From contig JAFEBM010000013.1 of assembly GCA_018242685.1 (NCBI GenBank), forward strand, positions 30,007 through 94,006: a DNA stretch of 64,000 nt, read 5' to 3'. Shown here one piece after another: positions 15,573 to 24,523 of the stretch. The number at the start of each line of letters is the position of its first letter. Positions within the stretch are counted from its first letter, which is position 1. The position numbers and the translations under genes are program-made. Below the pieces are notes generated by a model. That model saw only the letters and a program-made list of their open reading frames with translations. It had not been told where the DNA came from and did not search any database. This stretch comes from Nitrospira sp. GTDB taxonomy: Bacteria > Nitrospirota > Nitrospiria > Nitrospirales > Nitrospiraceae.

Positions 15573-17042
15573 TCAATATCGAGTCATCCAGGTACCAGAG
15601 GCACGATAGACCACAGGTAATCCACGATAGAACCCACGACTGAGATCGTGGTCATACCACACCTCCAAGCTGCTTCCTGAACCCGTTGAGGTGATTGCCC
15701 CACCTGCTGTCACGGCTCCGTATAGTCTGACTCTTCCGGCGATCATGATATCTCCACTTGCGTAAAGCACCCCGTTGAAATGCATGCCGGAGAGTTGAAC
15801 AGGCGTCCGAACGATTTCATGATCCTGGGCCATTGGTGGAGGACTCAGTACCTGGACCGACTGTCCGGAGCCACTGGAAGTAAGCATCACGTGTCCTTGC
15901 ACGACCGCCATGCCTTCAAAGTATGGACCCTGCAATCTGACAATCCCGAGATTGTCTGGACGAGGAGCCGTCTGGTCGAGGGTGTCGATGAATATCAGAC
16001 CTTGCTGATCGCCGCTTCCCTGTGACTGGAATACCTCGTCTGCCGAAATGCCACGTCCTGGTTCTACAATACCTTGCGGATACAGCAGGCCTTCTCGATC
16101 AATCGCGAAGTAACGGCCGAATCTTTTTGCCACTCGCTTTATGTGTTCATAGGTCCACTGATCGAGGCGAACTCCCGGAATAGGATTCTGACCCATGTGA
16201 AGGTTGCTGGGAAAACTAGGAGTCTGTCCCGTAGATGCTTGTGTAACTTGAACTGTCCCGCCTATCCACCCTTCCATCCATCGATCTTCTCGTTGCGTCA
16301 CCTCGTCATATGGCTGCCCTGTTACTGGAGCAAGCGTACTCTTCAGTGGGATCTCAGCAGCCTGCGCGAGGACCAGATCACCTCCCACTTTTAACTCTCC
16401 CCAATGCACAGAGACCGGCGATTCGGCTCCTTGCCGGAAGCGGCCGAGATGCTGGCCCACCTGCACAGCGGCTCCTAACGGCGGCAAGTCCATCGCGCCC
16501 AATTGCATGAGTATCGATTGCCTGACTGGAGGATTGGTATTGGCTACAACCGTCGTGTCGATTGTGCATAGTAGACCCGGCTTGGAAGGCGCGTAGACTT
16601 TGAGTTCTTCCACCTGCCCTAGATGTGTCAGGGTGCGAAACATACCGGTCTCTGGATCGTTCAACAGTCGGTTGTCTGAGAGATTGCCGATCTGTAACCA
16701 CACATCAGGCTGATCCGCCGTACCGACGAATTGCGAGCGACCGGACGGATCAAGAAACGACGGCGCTCCGTCTTTATCTCGATTTCGTTTTTCACGAAGA
16801 GTCGAAAGCCGAGGCACAGCGGCAATTGCTTGGGGGCTGTGAAACCAGGTCACCACCAATTCACCAGCCGCATCGGCCAGTTGCTGGGCAACCGCCGCCT
16901 GGCTTGCTAATCCAGCACTAACCGCCTCTTGCCCCGCAAGATTGAACAGTGTCGCGCACAACAACGATAGAATGAGAGCAACGATCATGGCCCCCAGAAG
17001 CGCAATCCCCTGCTGACGATCTTCGATATTGAAATACGACAT
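15573..17042 (-). CDS. Large PilX/GspK-like pseudopilin (module 2), lacks Glu5
   Basis: MSYFNIEDRQQG|IALLGAMIVALILSLLCATLF (PilX_N-like, no Glu5). 489 aa. AGGAG RBS before ATG 17042. Confidence 0.65.
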   Translation of the reverse strand: MSYFNIEDRQQGIALLGAMIVALILSLLCATLFNLAGQEAVSAGLASQAAVAQQLADAAGELVVTWFHSPQAIAAVPRLSTLREKRNRDKDGAPSFLDPSGRSQFVGTADQPDVWLQIGNLSDNRLLNDPETGMFRTLTHLGQVEELKVYAPSKPGLLCTIDTTVVANTNPPVRQSILMQLGAMDLPPLGAAVQVGQHLGRFRQGAESPVSVHWGELKVGGDLVLAQAAEIPLKSTLAPVTGQPYDEVTQREDRWMEGWIGGTVQVTQASTGQTPSFPSNLHMGQNPIPGVRLDQWTYEHIKRVAKRFGRYFAIDREGLLYPQGIVEPGRGISADEVFQSQGSGDQQGLIFIDTLDQTAPRPDNLGIVRLQGPYFEGMAVVQGHVMLTSSGSGQSVQVLSPPPMAQDHEIVRTPVQLSGMHFNGVLYASGDIMIAGRVRLYGAVTAGGAITSTGSGSSLEVWYDHDLSRGFYRGLPVVYRASGTWMTRY

Positions 17043-17052
17043 GTCTTCACTC

Positions 17053-17811
17053 CTATGATCGAAGGCTTACCTCCCGCATCATTCGATGCAGGGAGTGATT
17101 GGATTCGATTTCGAGCACGACTCGTTTCACGAGAGAAGGCTGCTGCGCGACACGGCCACGCTCGTCCCAATACGTAAAATGCAGATTGTCCAGATCGCCG
17201 ATGAGAATGCTTGCTCCTCCATCGACCATCCGCATCAGCTTCGCTGTTCCGTTTTCATCTCGCTTGGTGTAATAGACCACCCGATTGCTCACTTCCACAG
17301 ACGAACCAGCGGGAAACGACAACGTTACCGGTTCAGTCAAAGTCAGCTGATAGTGTTGCCCTGAACGGGAGAGTCGATGCGCTTCGCAAACCTGGTGGCC
17401 ACAAATGATGACGATCTTCCCCTCGCTCCATCCACTGCCATCCTGCACTGCAATAACCGATTGGCCCGGCACGACCGGGCCAGTGGTCATCGTTCGATGG
17501 GCACTGATATTGGCGTGAAACTGAAATTCATCCGGAGTCGCCGAGAGGATCGAATCAGCCGCCGCTAACCGGACTTCTTGTTCGAATACCTCTAGCCCCA
17601 ATCGGAGATCTTGCTGATGTCTCAGGTCGCTGTGCTGTTTGCTCACATGAGCCTGGGCGACATTCAGCGCATTCAATGCTGCAGCTAAGACGATCGCGCC
17701 GGCCGTCAAACTCACCATCAATTCGGTCAGACAAACGCCGTGCTCACCGAACCCAATATTGATAGAGCGTCGGCGCTGCTTGTCAATTCCGGTACAATCC
17801 CCCTGGTTCAT
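17053..17811 (-). CDS. PilW/GspJ-like minor pilin (module 2)
   Basis: ...GFGEHG|VCLTELMVSLTAGAIVLAAAL. 4-nt overlap with the upstream gene. Confidence 0.7.
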   Translation of the reverse strand: MNQGDCTGIDKQRRRSINIGFGEHGVCLTELMVSLTAGAIVLAAALNALNVAQAHVSKQHSDLRHQQDLRLGLEVFEQEVRLAAADSILSATPDEFQFHANISAHRTMTTGPVVPGQSVIAVQDGSGWSEGKIVIICGHQVCEAHRLSRSGQHYQLTLTEPVTLSFPAGSSVEVSNRVVYYTKRDENGTAKLMRMVDGGASILIGDLDNLHFTYWDERGRVAQQPSLVKRVVLEIESNHSLHRMMREVSLRS

Positions 17812-18281
17812 TGTTGCCCCACAAAATTTGGATTGGCTCGAATGGTTGCCATCTGCACCTCTCTCTTGTGCCCGTTGAGCCCAGAATAGGACGCGACCGC
17901 TCGGATCATCACCATGGCAGCGGAGAGCGGTAGTCCTGGACGCTCCGCTTCAATCGTCCACACAACGGTCACGCCGTCACGCTCCTGCCTCGCCGTGTAG
18001 ATCCCATCACTCGCCGTTCTGTCGGAGCCCTGCCCGTCATCAGCCATGAACGTTTCCGGAATACCATCTCGATCGAGATCATCTTCCAGGAGAGACTGCC
18101 AACGAATGGAACGCTTTGCTTCCAACCTGGCCTGGGCCAACTCAATCGCCTTATTGTTCAGACCGCCCTGTTGTACGTGCCGGGAAGAAATCTCCACGGC
18201 GCCCAATGCTCCCATCAATGCAACGCCTGAAATCACCATCGCCACCATCACTTCGATCAGACTGAAACCGTCATGCTTCAT
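17808..18281 (-). CDS. PilV/GspI-like minor pilin (module 2)
   Basis: MKHDG|FSLIEVMVAMVISGVALMG. ATGA overlaps on both sides. Confidence 0.75.
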   Translation of the reverse strand: MKHDGFSLIEVMVAMVISGVALMGALGAVEISSRHVQQGGLNNKAIELAQARLEAKRSIRWQSLLEDDLDRDGIPETFMADDGQGSDRTASDGIYTARQERDGVTVVWTIEAERPGLPLSAAMVMIRAVASYSGLNGHKREVQMATIRANPNFVGQQ

Positions 18282-18721
18282 CGCTCGACTCCTAAAATCG
18301 ATACTCGACCCGTAAGGCTCACAGTCAGCTGCTGGGTCTGTCCTTCTAGGCCGTGAAGCTGAATTGTCGTGGCACTGGCGGAGCGTCCGCTCGGGTGGAA
18401 GAGAATCTCCGGTCCTGCGCTTGGTTCCTCGATGACAATCCCTGTTCCTCCATAGTGATAGGCGTGATGCGTGGTCGCGGTGTTGATGAATTGGGTGGTA
18501 AGGGCCTGCCGGTCCAGGTCGACAACGATTCGAACGCGATCCCGATAAGTGATCGCAAGCTGCCGGGCAAGGCGCAATTCCGAGGCGATTTCCTCAGCCG
18601 TACAATGAATCTGACTGCGCGAGTTGAGGACCCAGTAGTTGGGAGCGGCCATCGTGGCGACAATCCCGATGATCGCGAGGACTACCATAAGCTCCGTCAA
18701 TGTCTTGCCTTCTTGTTTCAT
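18278..18721 (-). CDS. FimT/GspH-like minor pilin (module 2), Lys at +1
   Basis: MKQEG|KTLTELMVVLAIIGIVATMAAPNY. Strong GAGGAGGA RBS. Confidence 0.7.
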   Translation of the reverse strand: MKQEGKTLTELMVVLAIIGIVATMAAPNYWVLNSRSQIHCTAEEIASELRLARQLAITYRDRVRIVVDLDRQALTTQFINTATTHHAYHYGGTGIVIEEPSAGPEILFHPSGRSASATTIQLHGLEGQTQQLTVSLTGRVSILGVER

Positions 18722-18764
18722 ATCCTCCTCGCTAGCTCTGCTCTGATTAGTAGTCCGTCGCTAT

Positions 18765-18780
18765 GTCAAGACTCGTGCCA
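18765..18780 (-). promoter_or_regulatory. Candidate sigma-54 (-24/-12) promoter for minor-pilin module 2
   Basis: The minus strand reads TGGCACGAGTCTTGAC versus consensus TGGCAC-N5-TTGCW. Spacing is correct, but the -12 element is GA instead of GC. It lies 44-59 nt upstream of ATG 18721. Confidence 0.25.
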
Positions 18781-19007
18781 CTTGTAGTCGAAGCCTTCAT
18801 GAATTGGCTTGTTACCGAACAAAGACTGGTAGCAAGTCCATAAACCGTTGAATCGCTGGAAACAAAATGAGAAATATCCGGGATGAGCCGGGAGGTGTAA
18901 CGTCTACGAGGAACGAACGGAATGGAGATAGCAGTAGTACCTCAGAAGATACAGTTTTTCACAGAAGAGATACAGTACGAAAGGGTGGGAATCGGCCAGG
19001 AGAGCCG

Positions 19008-19793
19008 TTATCCTGCCAAGAGCCCTTGATACCAATCAAGGAGAGGTCGACCAAAGAACAGAGCCACCAACGCGCCACAAACCAGAAATGGTCCGAAGGG
19101 AATATAATCCTCGCGCTTAATAACCTGTGCGGCAATAAGGGTAACCCCCATGAGTGATCCCAGAAGCGACCCTACCATGATCGTCATCAGCGCGGGCTGC
19201 CATCCCAGAAACGCCCCGATCATCGCCAGAAGCTTGATGTCCCCTCCCCCCATCCCCTCTTTCCCGAAGAGATAGGGACTAGCCCACGCCAGAAGCCACA
19301 GGATTCCTCCGCCGATAAGAATTCCGAGCAAACTATCCACGAATCCGAGGGGTAAGACGGTAGTGGCACAGACGAGGCCTACAATGATTCCAGGAAACGT
19401 CACGGCATTGGGGATGATCTTATGAGAAAGGTCCGTCCCGGCTACCACAAGGAGGGCTGAATAGAACAACCCATAGATCACAGTAACCCAGCTTGGTCCA
19501 AAGACCAAGAGAAGCGCTACATAGCCTGAGACATTCAGCACCTCGACCAAGGGATAGCGGAAAGGAATGCGAACGGTACAATGCCTGCAGCGTCCGACCA
19601 GCGCGAGGTAACTCAGGATGGGAATGTTATCGTACCAGGCAATGGGGTGAGAGCATTTCGGACAATGGGAACCTGGCCACGCGATTGATTCTTGCCGCGG
19701 TAAACGATGGATACAGACATTGAGGAAGCTACCGATGAGTGCGCCCAAAAGACCGGCGATCAGTAGCGGTAACAGTAGTGGCTCCGCATGCAT
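19008..19793 (-). CDS. pilD: Prepilin peptidase / N-methyltransferase PilD (A24 family)
   Basis: CPKCSHPIAWYDNIPILSYLALVGRCRHC zinc motif and GMGGGDIKLLAMIGAFLG active-site region. Polytopic membrane protein. Confidence 0.92.
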   Translation of the reverse strand: MHAEPLLLPLLIAGLLGALIGSFLNVCIHRLPRQESIAWPGSHCPKCSHPIAWYDNIPILSYLALVGRCRHCTVRIPFRYPLVEVLNVSGYVALLLVFGPSWVTVIYGLFYSALLVVAGTDLSHKIIPNAVTFPGIIVGLVCATTVLPLGFVDSLLGILIGGGILWLLAWASPYLFGKEGMGGGDIKLLAMIGAFLGWQPALMTIMVGSLLGSLMGVTLIAAQVIKREDYIPFGPFLVCGALVALFFGRPLLDWYQGLLAG

Positions 19794-19965
19794 AATTGCT
19801 CAGAGTCCTTCCCCTACCTAGTAACCCTACTAGGGCCAAAGTACCTTTCTTTACATTCTTGAATCATCATTCCATAATAGCTACATTATCTTAAGCGCGA
19901 TTCCAGCTGGAGTATGTATGAGTATACCTGATGTCCATACCTTCTAATATGGAGAACTAACTACC

Positions 19966-20259
19966 ATGATGAGAACAATGACGATGAGGACAATTGCAAA
20001 GCCGCGGTCTCGGAGATCTCTCGCAGATCTTGAACCTCCTCCACGCACAAAACGGCCTGAATCGCTCACGTCACGAGAACAGGAAATTTTGGAATTGATC
20101 TGGGCGGGGTTTAAGAACAAGGAAATCGGTCAGCGATTGAAGATCAGCGTCAAAACCGTCGAAGCCCACCGCGCCAATATGATGAAGAAGATGCGGGTGT
20201 CGAATACCGCTCAACTGCTGAAAACCGCCATCCAGGGCAGCGTACTTAGGATCCGGTAA
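19966..20259 (+). CDS. Stand-alone LuxR/GerE-type HTH transcriptional regulator
   Basis: LTSREQEILELIWAGFKNKEIGQRLKISVKTVEAHRANMMKKM. 97 aa with no receiver or ligand domain. Confidence 0.8.
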   Translation: MMRTMTMRTIAKPRSRRSLADLEPPPRTKRPESLTSREQEILELIWAGFKNKEIGQRLKISVKTVEAHRANMMKKMRVSNTAQLLKTAIQGSVLRIR

Positions 20260-21028
20260 AGTCGCCCTGAGTTGGACATCGCTGACGAACCGCCTCAAAC
20301 AGCACTATGGCGGCCGCAGCGGACACATTCAACGATTGGACTCGGCCTCGGAGAGGAATGCGGACACAGTCATCGCAATGTTGCAGGACACCAGGTCTTA
20401 TTCCCGTACCCTCCCCTCCCAGAACCAGCCCAACCGGTTCTCGCAGGTTGATGTCCGTAAATACTTTCTTCGCCGACGGCGTCACTCCGTAGATCCACAC
20501 TCCGGCCGCTTTCAACGACTCGATCGATCTGCTCAAGTTCGTCACGCGCGCAACGGGGATGTGATCGATCGCTCCGGCCGAGGCCTTGGCAACCACGGAT
20601 GTAAGCCCGGCGGCCCGGCGTTCAGGAATAAATACTCCATGGGCGCCGGCCCCCTCCGCTGTCCGAAGCACGGCGCCGAGATTGTGTGGATCTTCGACTC
20701 CGTCCAAGACTACCAACAGCGGCGCCTCATGCCGTTGGGCCGCTCGAGCAAGGATCGACTCCTCCGTCTGATAGGCCTTTGCAGACGTAACCGCCACAAC
20801 GCCTTGGTGCTTGCCATTGGGAACCAGACGGTCAAGGGAGGTCTGAGGCTGAACATGAACCGGAACACGGCGTGATCGAGCCAGTTGCACCAGATCGGTG
20901 AACTGTTTGTCGGTTCGAATGACGAGCACGCGTTGCAATGGTCGGTTTCCAGCTTTCAACGCTTCACGAATCGCATGGAGTCCGTACAAAATCTCCCGTT
21001 CGTCAGCGCTTCCACCGGGCCGTGCCAT
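20246..21028 (-). CDS. rlmB: 23S rRNA 2'-O-methyltransferase, SpoU/TrmH family (RlmB-like)
   Basis: ORF 20246..21142. ATG at 21028 gives [24 protein letters not shown]. SpoU motifs LVLDGVEDPHNLGAVLRTA and GLVLGGEGTGIR. Confidence 0.85.
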   Translation of the reverse strand: MARPGGSADEREILYGLHAIREALKAGNRPLQRVLVIRTDKQFTDLVQLARSRRVPVHVQPQTSLDRLVPNGKHQGVVAVTSAKAYQTEESILARAAQRHEAPLLVVLDGVEDPHNLGAVLRTAEGAGAHGVFIPERRAAGLTSVVAKASAGAIDHIPVARVTNLSRSIESLKAAGVWIYGVTPSAKKVFTDINLREPVGLVLGGEGTGIRPGVLQHCDDCVRIPLRGRVQSLNVSAAAAIVLFEAVRQRCPTQGDFTGS

Positions 21029-22472
21029 CGGGCTTGTCCTCAATGATGATGCCTTGGTTTGCGAGCGATTTCCGAATCTCATCTGCTCGTTGAAAGTCCT
21101 TTTGGCTACGAGCTTTCTTTCGCTCTTCCAGCAATAGTTCAATATCGGTATCGGTTAAGGTAGATGGAACGGCGGTGGTCTCGTCGATGTTGACCAATAA
21201 AGATTCTGAAACTGGAACAACAAACTGCCACCTGTCCAGTTGAAACAATCCCAGACAATTTCCCAGAGAACGAAACTCCTCTCTGGCAACACGTCTTGCC
21301 TCAGTTGAAAGACCTTGTCCCAGTAGTTTATTGATGCTGCTTTTCAGCTGCTGTAATTCCGCTAAGGCCACAGAAGTATTTAAGTCGTCGTTCATGCCCT
21401 TTCTAAACATTTCCTGTGTAAAGCCAATTGAAAACTGAAGGCTATAATCGGTCTCCGGCGAACCTTGTCCCGTTTCTCCAAGCCGAGCGAAAAGATCATA
21501 GAACCCATTCAGGGCGTTCTTTGCCTCTTTCAGAGCCTGATCGGAAAAATCAAGCGGCCCATGGTAATGCGTCGAAAGGAGAAAGTATCGGAGGACTTCT
21601 CCTGTCACTGCTTCCGACCATTCAGACTTCTCAAAGATCTCTCGGATCGTGAAAAAGTTGCCAAGTGACTTGGACATCTTTTCTTTGTTGATCTGAACGA
21701 ACCCGTTGTGGACCCAATAGCGTGCGAATTCTTTTCCTGTCGCGCCGCATGATTGGGCAATTTCGTTTTCATGATGTGGGAAGATGAGATCCATTCCACC
21801 GCCATGGATGTCGAAGGTGTCTCCGAGGTGCCGGATCGACATGGCGGAACACTCGATGTGCCAGCCTGGTCGCCCTGGTCCCCAGGGGCTTTCCCATGCC
21901 GGCTCACCTGGCTTACTGCTTTTCCACAGGGCAAAGTCCATTGGATGATGTTTGCGTTCATCCACGTCGACACGAGCGCCGGCTTGCAGATCCTCGAGTC
22001 GTCGTTTTGACAGCCTTCCGTAGTCCGGATATTTCGAGACCTCAAAATACACATCCCCATCCACCACGTACGCGAACCCCTTTGTGATCAAGCGTTCCGT
22101 CAACCGAACAATATCGGCTATGTGCTCCGTGGCCTTAGGTTCTTCGGTCGGAGCTCGGATTCCAAGCTTCCCCATATCCTCATGGTAGGCCTGAATGTAC
22201 TTGGCCGTTACGGCATCACAAGAAACACCCTGTTCATTCGCCCGCTTGATGATCTTGTCGTCCACATCCGTGAAGTTCTTGACGAAGGTCACCGCATAAT
22301 CGCTGTATTCCAGGTAACGCCGGAGCACGTCAAATACCAACGCGCTGCGCGCATGACCGATGTGGCAATAGTCATAGACCGTCACACCGCACACGTACAT
22401 CCGTACGTTCTGCGGTTCGATCGGCTCGAACACTTCTTGCCGCCCGGTCAGCGTATTGAACAGTTTAAGCAT
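21003..22472 (-). CDS. cysS: Cysteine--tRNA ligase
   Basis: ATG at 22472 gives [21 protein letters not shown] motif CHIGHARS and KMSKS motif EKMSKSLGN. The longer ORF to 22676 overlaps dedA and is rejected. Confidence 0.95.
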   Translation of the reverse strand: MLKLFNTLTGRQEVFEPIEPQNVRMYVCGVTVYDYCHIGHARSALVFDVLRRYLEYSDYAVTFVKNFTDVDDKIIKRANEQGVSCDAVTAKYIQAYHEDMGKLGIRAPTEEPKATEHIADIVRLTERLITKGFAYVVDGDVYFEVSKYPDYGRLSKRRLEDLQAGARVDVDERKHHPMDFALWKSSKPGEPAWESPWGPGRPGWHIECSAMSIRHLGDTFDIHGGGMDLIFPHHENEIAQSCGATGKEFARYWVHNGFVQINKEKMSKSLGNFFTIREIFEKSEWSEAVTGEVLRYFLLSTHYHGPLDFSDQALKEAKNALNGFYDLFARLGETGQGSPETDYSLQFSIGFTQEMFRKGMNDDLNTSVALAELQQLKSSINKLLGQGLSTEARRVAREEFRSLGNCLGLFQLDRWQFVVPVSESLLVNIDETTAVPSTLTDTDIELLLEERKKARSQKDFQRADEIRKSLANQGIIIEDKPDGTARWKR

Positions 22473-22476
22473 GTGT

Positions 22477-23115
22477 TTACGCTTCCGGACTCGGTCGCCG
22501 CCTCGGCCAGTGAGACCAGAGGAAGTACCCAATGGCTGCAGCCAAGACCAGTCCGATGACGATGTCAAATTGATGAAAGTAGTCTCGAAGATGTTCCCAC
22601 TGTTCGCCCATACGAAGGCCGATATAGGCCAACAGATAGCACCAGGGCAGCGCCCCGACAAATGTGAAGACGACAAACCGTGGGAAATTCATCTTCGCAA
22701 TGCCGGCCGGCAGTGAAATGAACGTGCGCACCACCGGGAGCATTCTGCTGAAAAAGACAGCGGCCTCTCCATACTTTGCGAACCAGCGATCGGCGATGTC
22801 GAGATCGTGGTGCGACACCAGAAAATACGGCCCGTAGCGCTCCGCAAATGGTCGTCCACCCCAGACGCCCATGTAGTAGGCCACGATCGACCCAAGAACA
22901 TTACCGACCGCTCCGGCCAGCGTGACTCCGAGCATCGTAAACTGTCCGGTCATGACCAGATAGCCGGAAAACGGCATGATAATTTCGCTGGGAAGCGGAA
23001 TGCAGGCGCTTTCGATGGCCATCGTGAAGAGGATGCCTCCATAACCGAACCTTGCAATGCACGCAATGATGAATCGGCTCAACTCACTGATGACGGCTTC
23101 GATCAGGCCTCCCAT
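22477..23115 (-). CDS. dedA: DedA-family (VTT/SNARE-associated) membrane protein
   Basis: ORF 22477..23199. The ATG at 23115 overlaps the surE stop (TGATG). Motifs FGYGGILFTMAIESACIPLPSEI and RMLPVVRTFISLPAG. Confidence 0.8.
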   Translation of the reverse strand: MGGLIEAVISELSRFIIACIARFGYGGILFTMAIESACIPLPSEIIMPFSGYLVMTGQFTMLGVTLAGAVGNVLGSIVAYYMGVWGGRPFAERYGPYFLVSHHDLDIADRWFAKYGEAAVFFSRMLPVVRTFISLPAGIAKMNFPRFVVFTFVGALPWCYLLAYIGLRMGEQWEHLRDYFHQFDIVIGLVLAAAIGYFLWSHWPRRRPSPEA

Positions 23116-23927
23116 CACGACCCTAACCGCCTTGTACGGACGATCGTTGACCGAGGGGTTGAGGACTTCTTGATACCCCGGTTCATGATCGGCTCCCATG
23201 CGCGGAATTGATCCAGCACTCCATAGTGCGTCGTATCCAGACGGATCGGCGTGATGGAGACAAACCCTTCTTCGATCGCCTCATGATCAGCGTCCTTACT
23301 GCGGCTCCACGAGATCCGTTCGCCGGCAATCCAATAATACTTCCGTCCGCGCGGATCGAGCTTTTCGATGATCGGATTATGAAACCGCCTTCGGCTGAGA
23401 CAGGTAATCCGCGCGCCCCTAATTTCGCGTCTCGGACGATTTGGGATATTCACGTTTACGAGCGTCTCCTCGGGCAGACCTTGCGCAAGGACAAGCCGAG
23501 CGACGCGTACCGCATAGCTTGCGCCAACGTCAAAGCGAAATGTGTCCGACCCCTCTTGTGACACCGCCACGGACGGTATTCCAAGAATGGTCCCTTCCAT
23601 CGCCGCCGACACGGTGCCTGAATACATCACATCGTCGCCAAGATTGACCCCTTTGTTAATGCCGGACACGACGATGGCGGGCGGTTTGGGCATGACTTTG
23701 AGCAACGCAAGGTTCACGCAATCCACCGGGGTTCCGTTCACGGCATACGTGCGTAGGCCCAGTTGGTGAAGACGCAATGGCTTGTGCAATGTCACGGCAT
23801 GAGCGACTGCCGTGCGCTCCCGATCCGGAGCGACAATCCAGACTTCCCCGATCGTAGCAAGCGCCTTCGCCAAGGCTGTGATTCCCGGCGAGTGGATACC
23901 GTCGTCGTTGGTCACGAGGATGTGCAT
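23115..23927 (-). CDS. surE: 5'/3'-nucleotidase SurE
   Basis: MHILVTNDDGIHSPGI and SGINKGVNLGDDVMYSGTV. Confidence 0.93.
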   Translation of the reverse strand: MHILVTNDDGIHSPGITALAKALATIGEVWIVAPDRERTAVAHAVTLHKPLRLHQLGLRTYAVNGTPVDCVNLALLKVMPKPPAIVVSGINKGVNLGDDVMYSGTVSAAMEGTILGIPSVAVSQEGSDTFRFDVGASYAVRVARLVLAQGLPEETLVNVNIPNRPRREIRGARITCLSRRRFHNPIIEKLDPRGRKYYWIAGERISWSRSKDADHEAIEEGFVSITPIRLDTTHYGVLDQFRAWEPIMNRGIKKSSTPRSTIVRTRRLGS

Positions 23928-23941
23928 AATCGGCCTTCAAC

Positions 23942-23965
23942 AAAAAGAGCTGCTCGAGGCAGCTC
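23942..23965 (-). terminator. Rho-independent terminator after tRNA-Pro
   Basis: The minus strand reads GAGCTGCCTCGAGCAGCTC followed by TTTTTG. Confidence 0.6.
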
Positions 23966-24022
23966 CCTGGATCAAGACTGAACCGGTGGATACTACCGCT
24001 CAGTCCTCATCACTTTGGAGAT

Positions 24023-24099
24023 TGGTCGGGGCGGCGGGATTTGAACCCACGACCACTCGCACCCCAAGCGAGTGCGCTACCGGGCTGCGCTACGCCCCG
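24023..24099 (-). tRNA. tRNA-Pro (anticodon GGG)
   Basis: Reverse complement is CGGGGCGTAGCGCAGCCCGGTAGCGCACTCGCTTGGGGTGCGAGTGGTCGTGGGTTCAAATCCCGCCGCCCCGACCA. Acceptor stem CGGGGCG/CGCCCCG, D-arm GCGC/GCGC. Anticodon stem CTCGC/GCGAG with loop TTGGGGT. T-loop TTCAAAT, encoded CCA, 77 nt. Confidence 0.95.
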
Positions 24100-24172
24100 A
24101 CACGTTCGTTGCTCCGCAGATACCCATCTTGCCGATGAGCAAGGGACTTCCTTCAATAAACCTATTCTTCTT

Positions 24173-24523
24173 TCATGATGAATGCGCGTCGAGAATCTTG
24201 AGAATGACTTGGAGATCCCCTCTCAACTTTTTGGCCACTTCCTTCGGGCGCAGCCGACGTGCGGCAGCCCGCCCACGACGTACCCAGTATCGCTTGACAC
24301 CTTCAAGGGTATGCCCTTCCTCATACAGCATACGCTTGATTTCCAACAGGGTTTCGACATCCCGTTGTACATAGAGGCGCTGGTTTCCTCGACTCTTTTT
24401 GGGTTTTAAAAAAGTAAATTGAGTTTCCCAGAACCGGAGCACATACGCGGGAAGCTTCGTCAATTGGCTCACTTCGCCGATTTTATAGAAGACCTTGCTC
24501 CCCAGCCTGGGTTCAGTTCCCAT
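24173..24523 (-). CDS. MerR-family transcriptional regulator
   Basis: [59 protein letters not shown]. Start is either ATG 24523 or ATG 24589. Confidence 0.8.
   Translation of the reverse strand: MGTEPRLGSKVFYKIGEVSQLTKLPAYVLRFWETQFTFLKPKKSRGNQRLYVQRDVETLLEIKRMLYEEGHTLEGVKRYWVRRGRAAARRLRPKEVAKKLRGDLQVILKILDAHSS

Noticed and set aside
21029-21142. N-terminal extension of the rlmB ORF
   Set aside because: It overlaps the cysS 3' end by 140 nt. The internal ATG at 21028 gives a normal SpoU-family N-terminus.
22473-22676. N-terminal extension of the cysS ORF (557 aa versus 490 aa)
   Set aside because: The extension overlaps the 3' end of dedA. The canonical CysS N-terminus [10 protein letters not shown] starts at ATG 22472.
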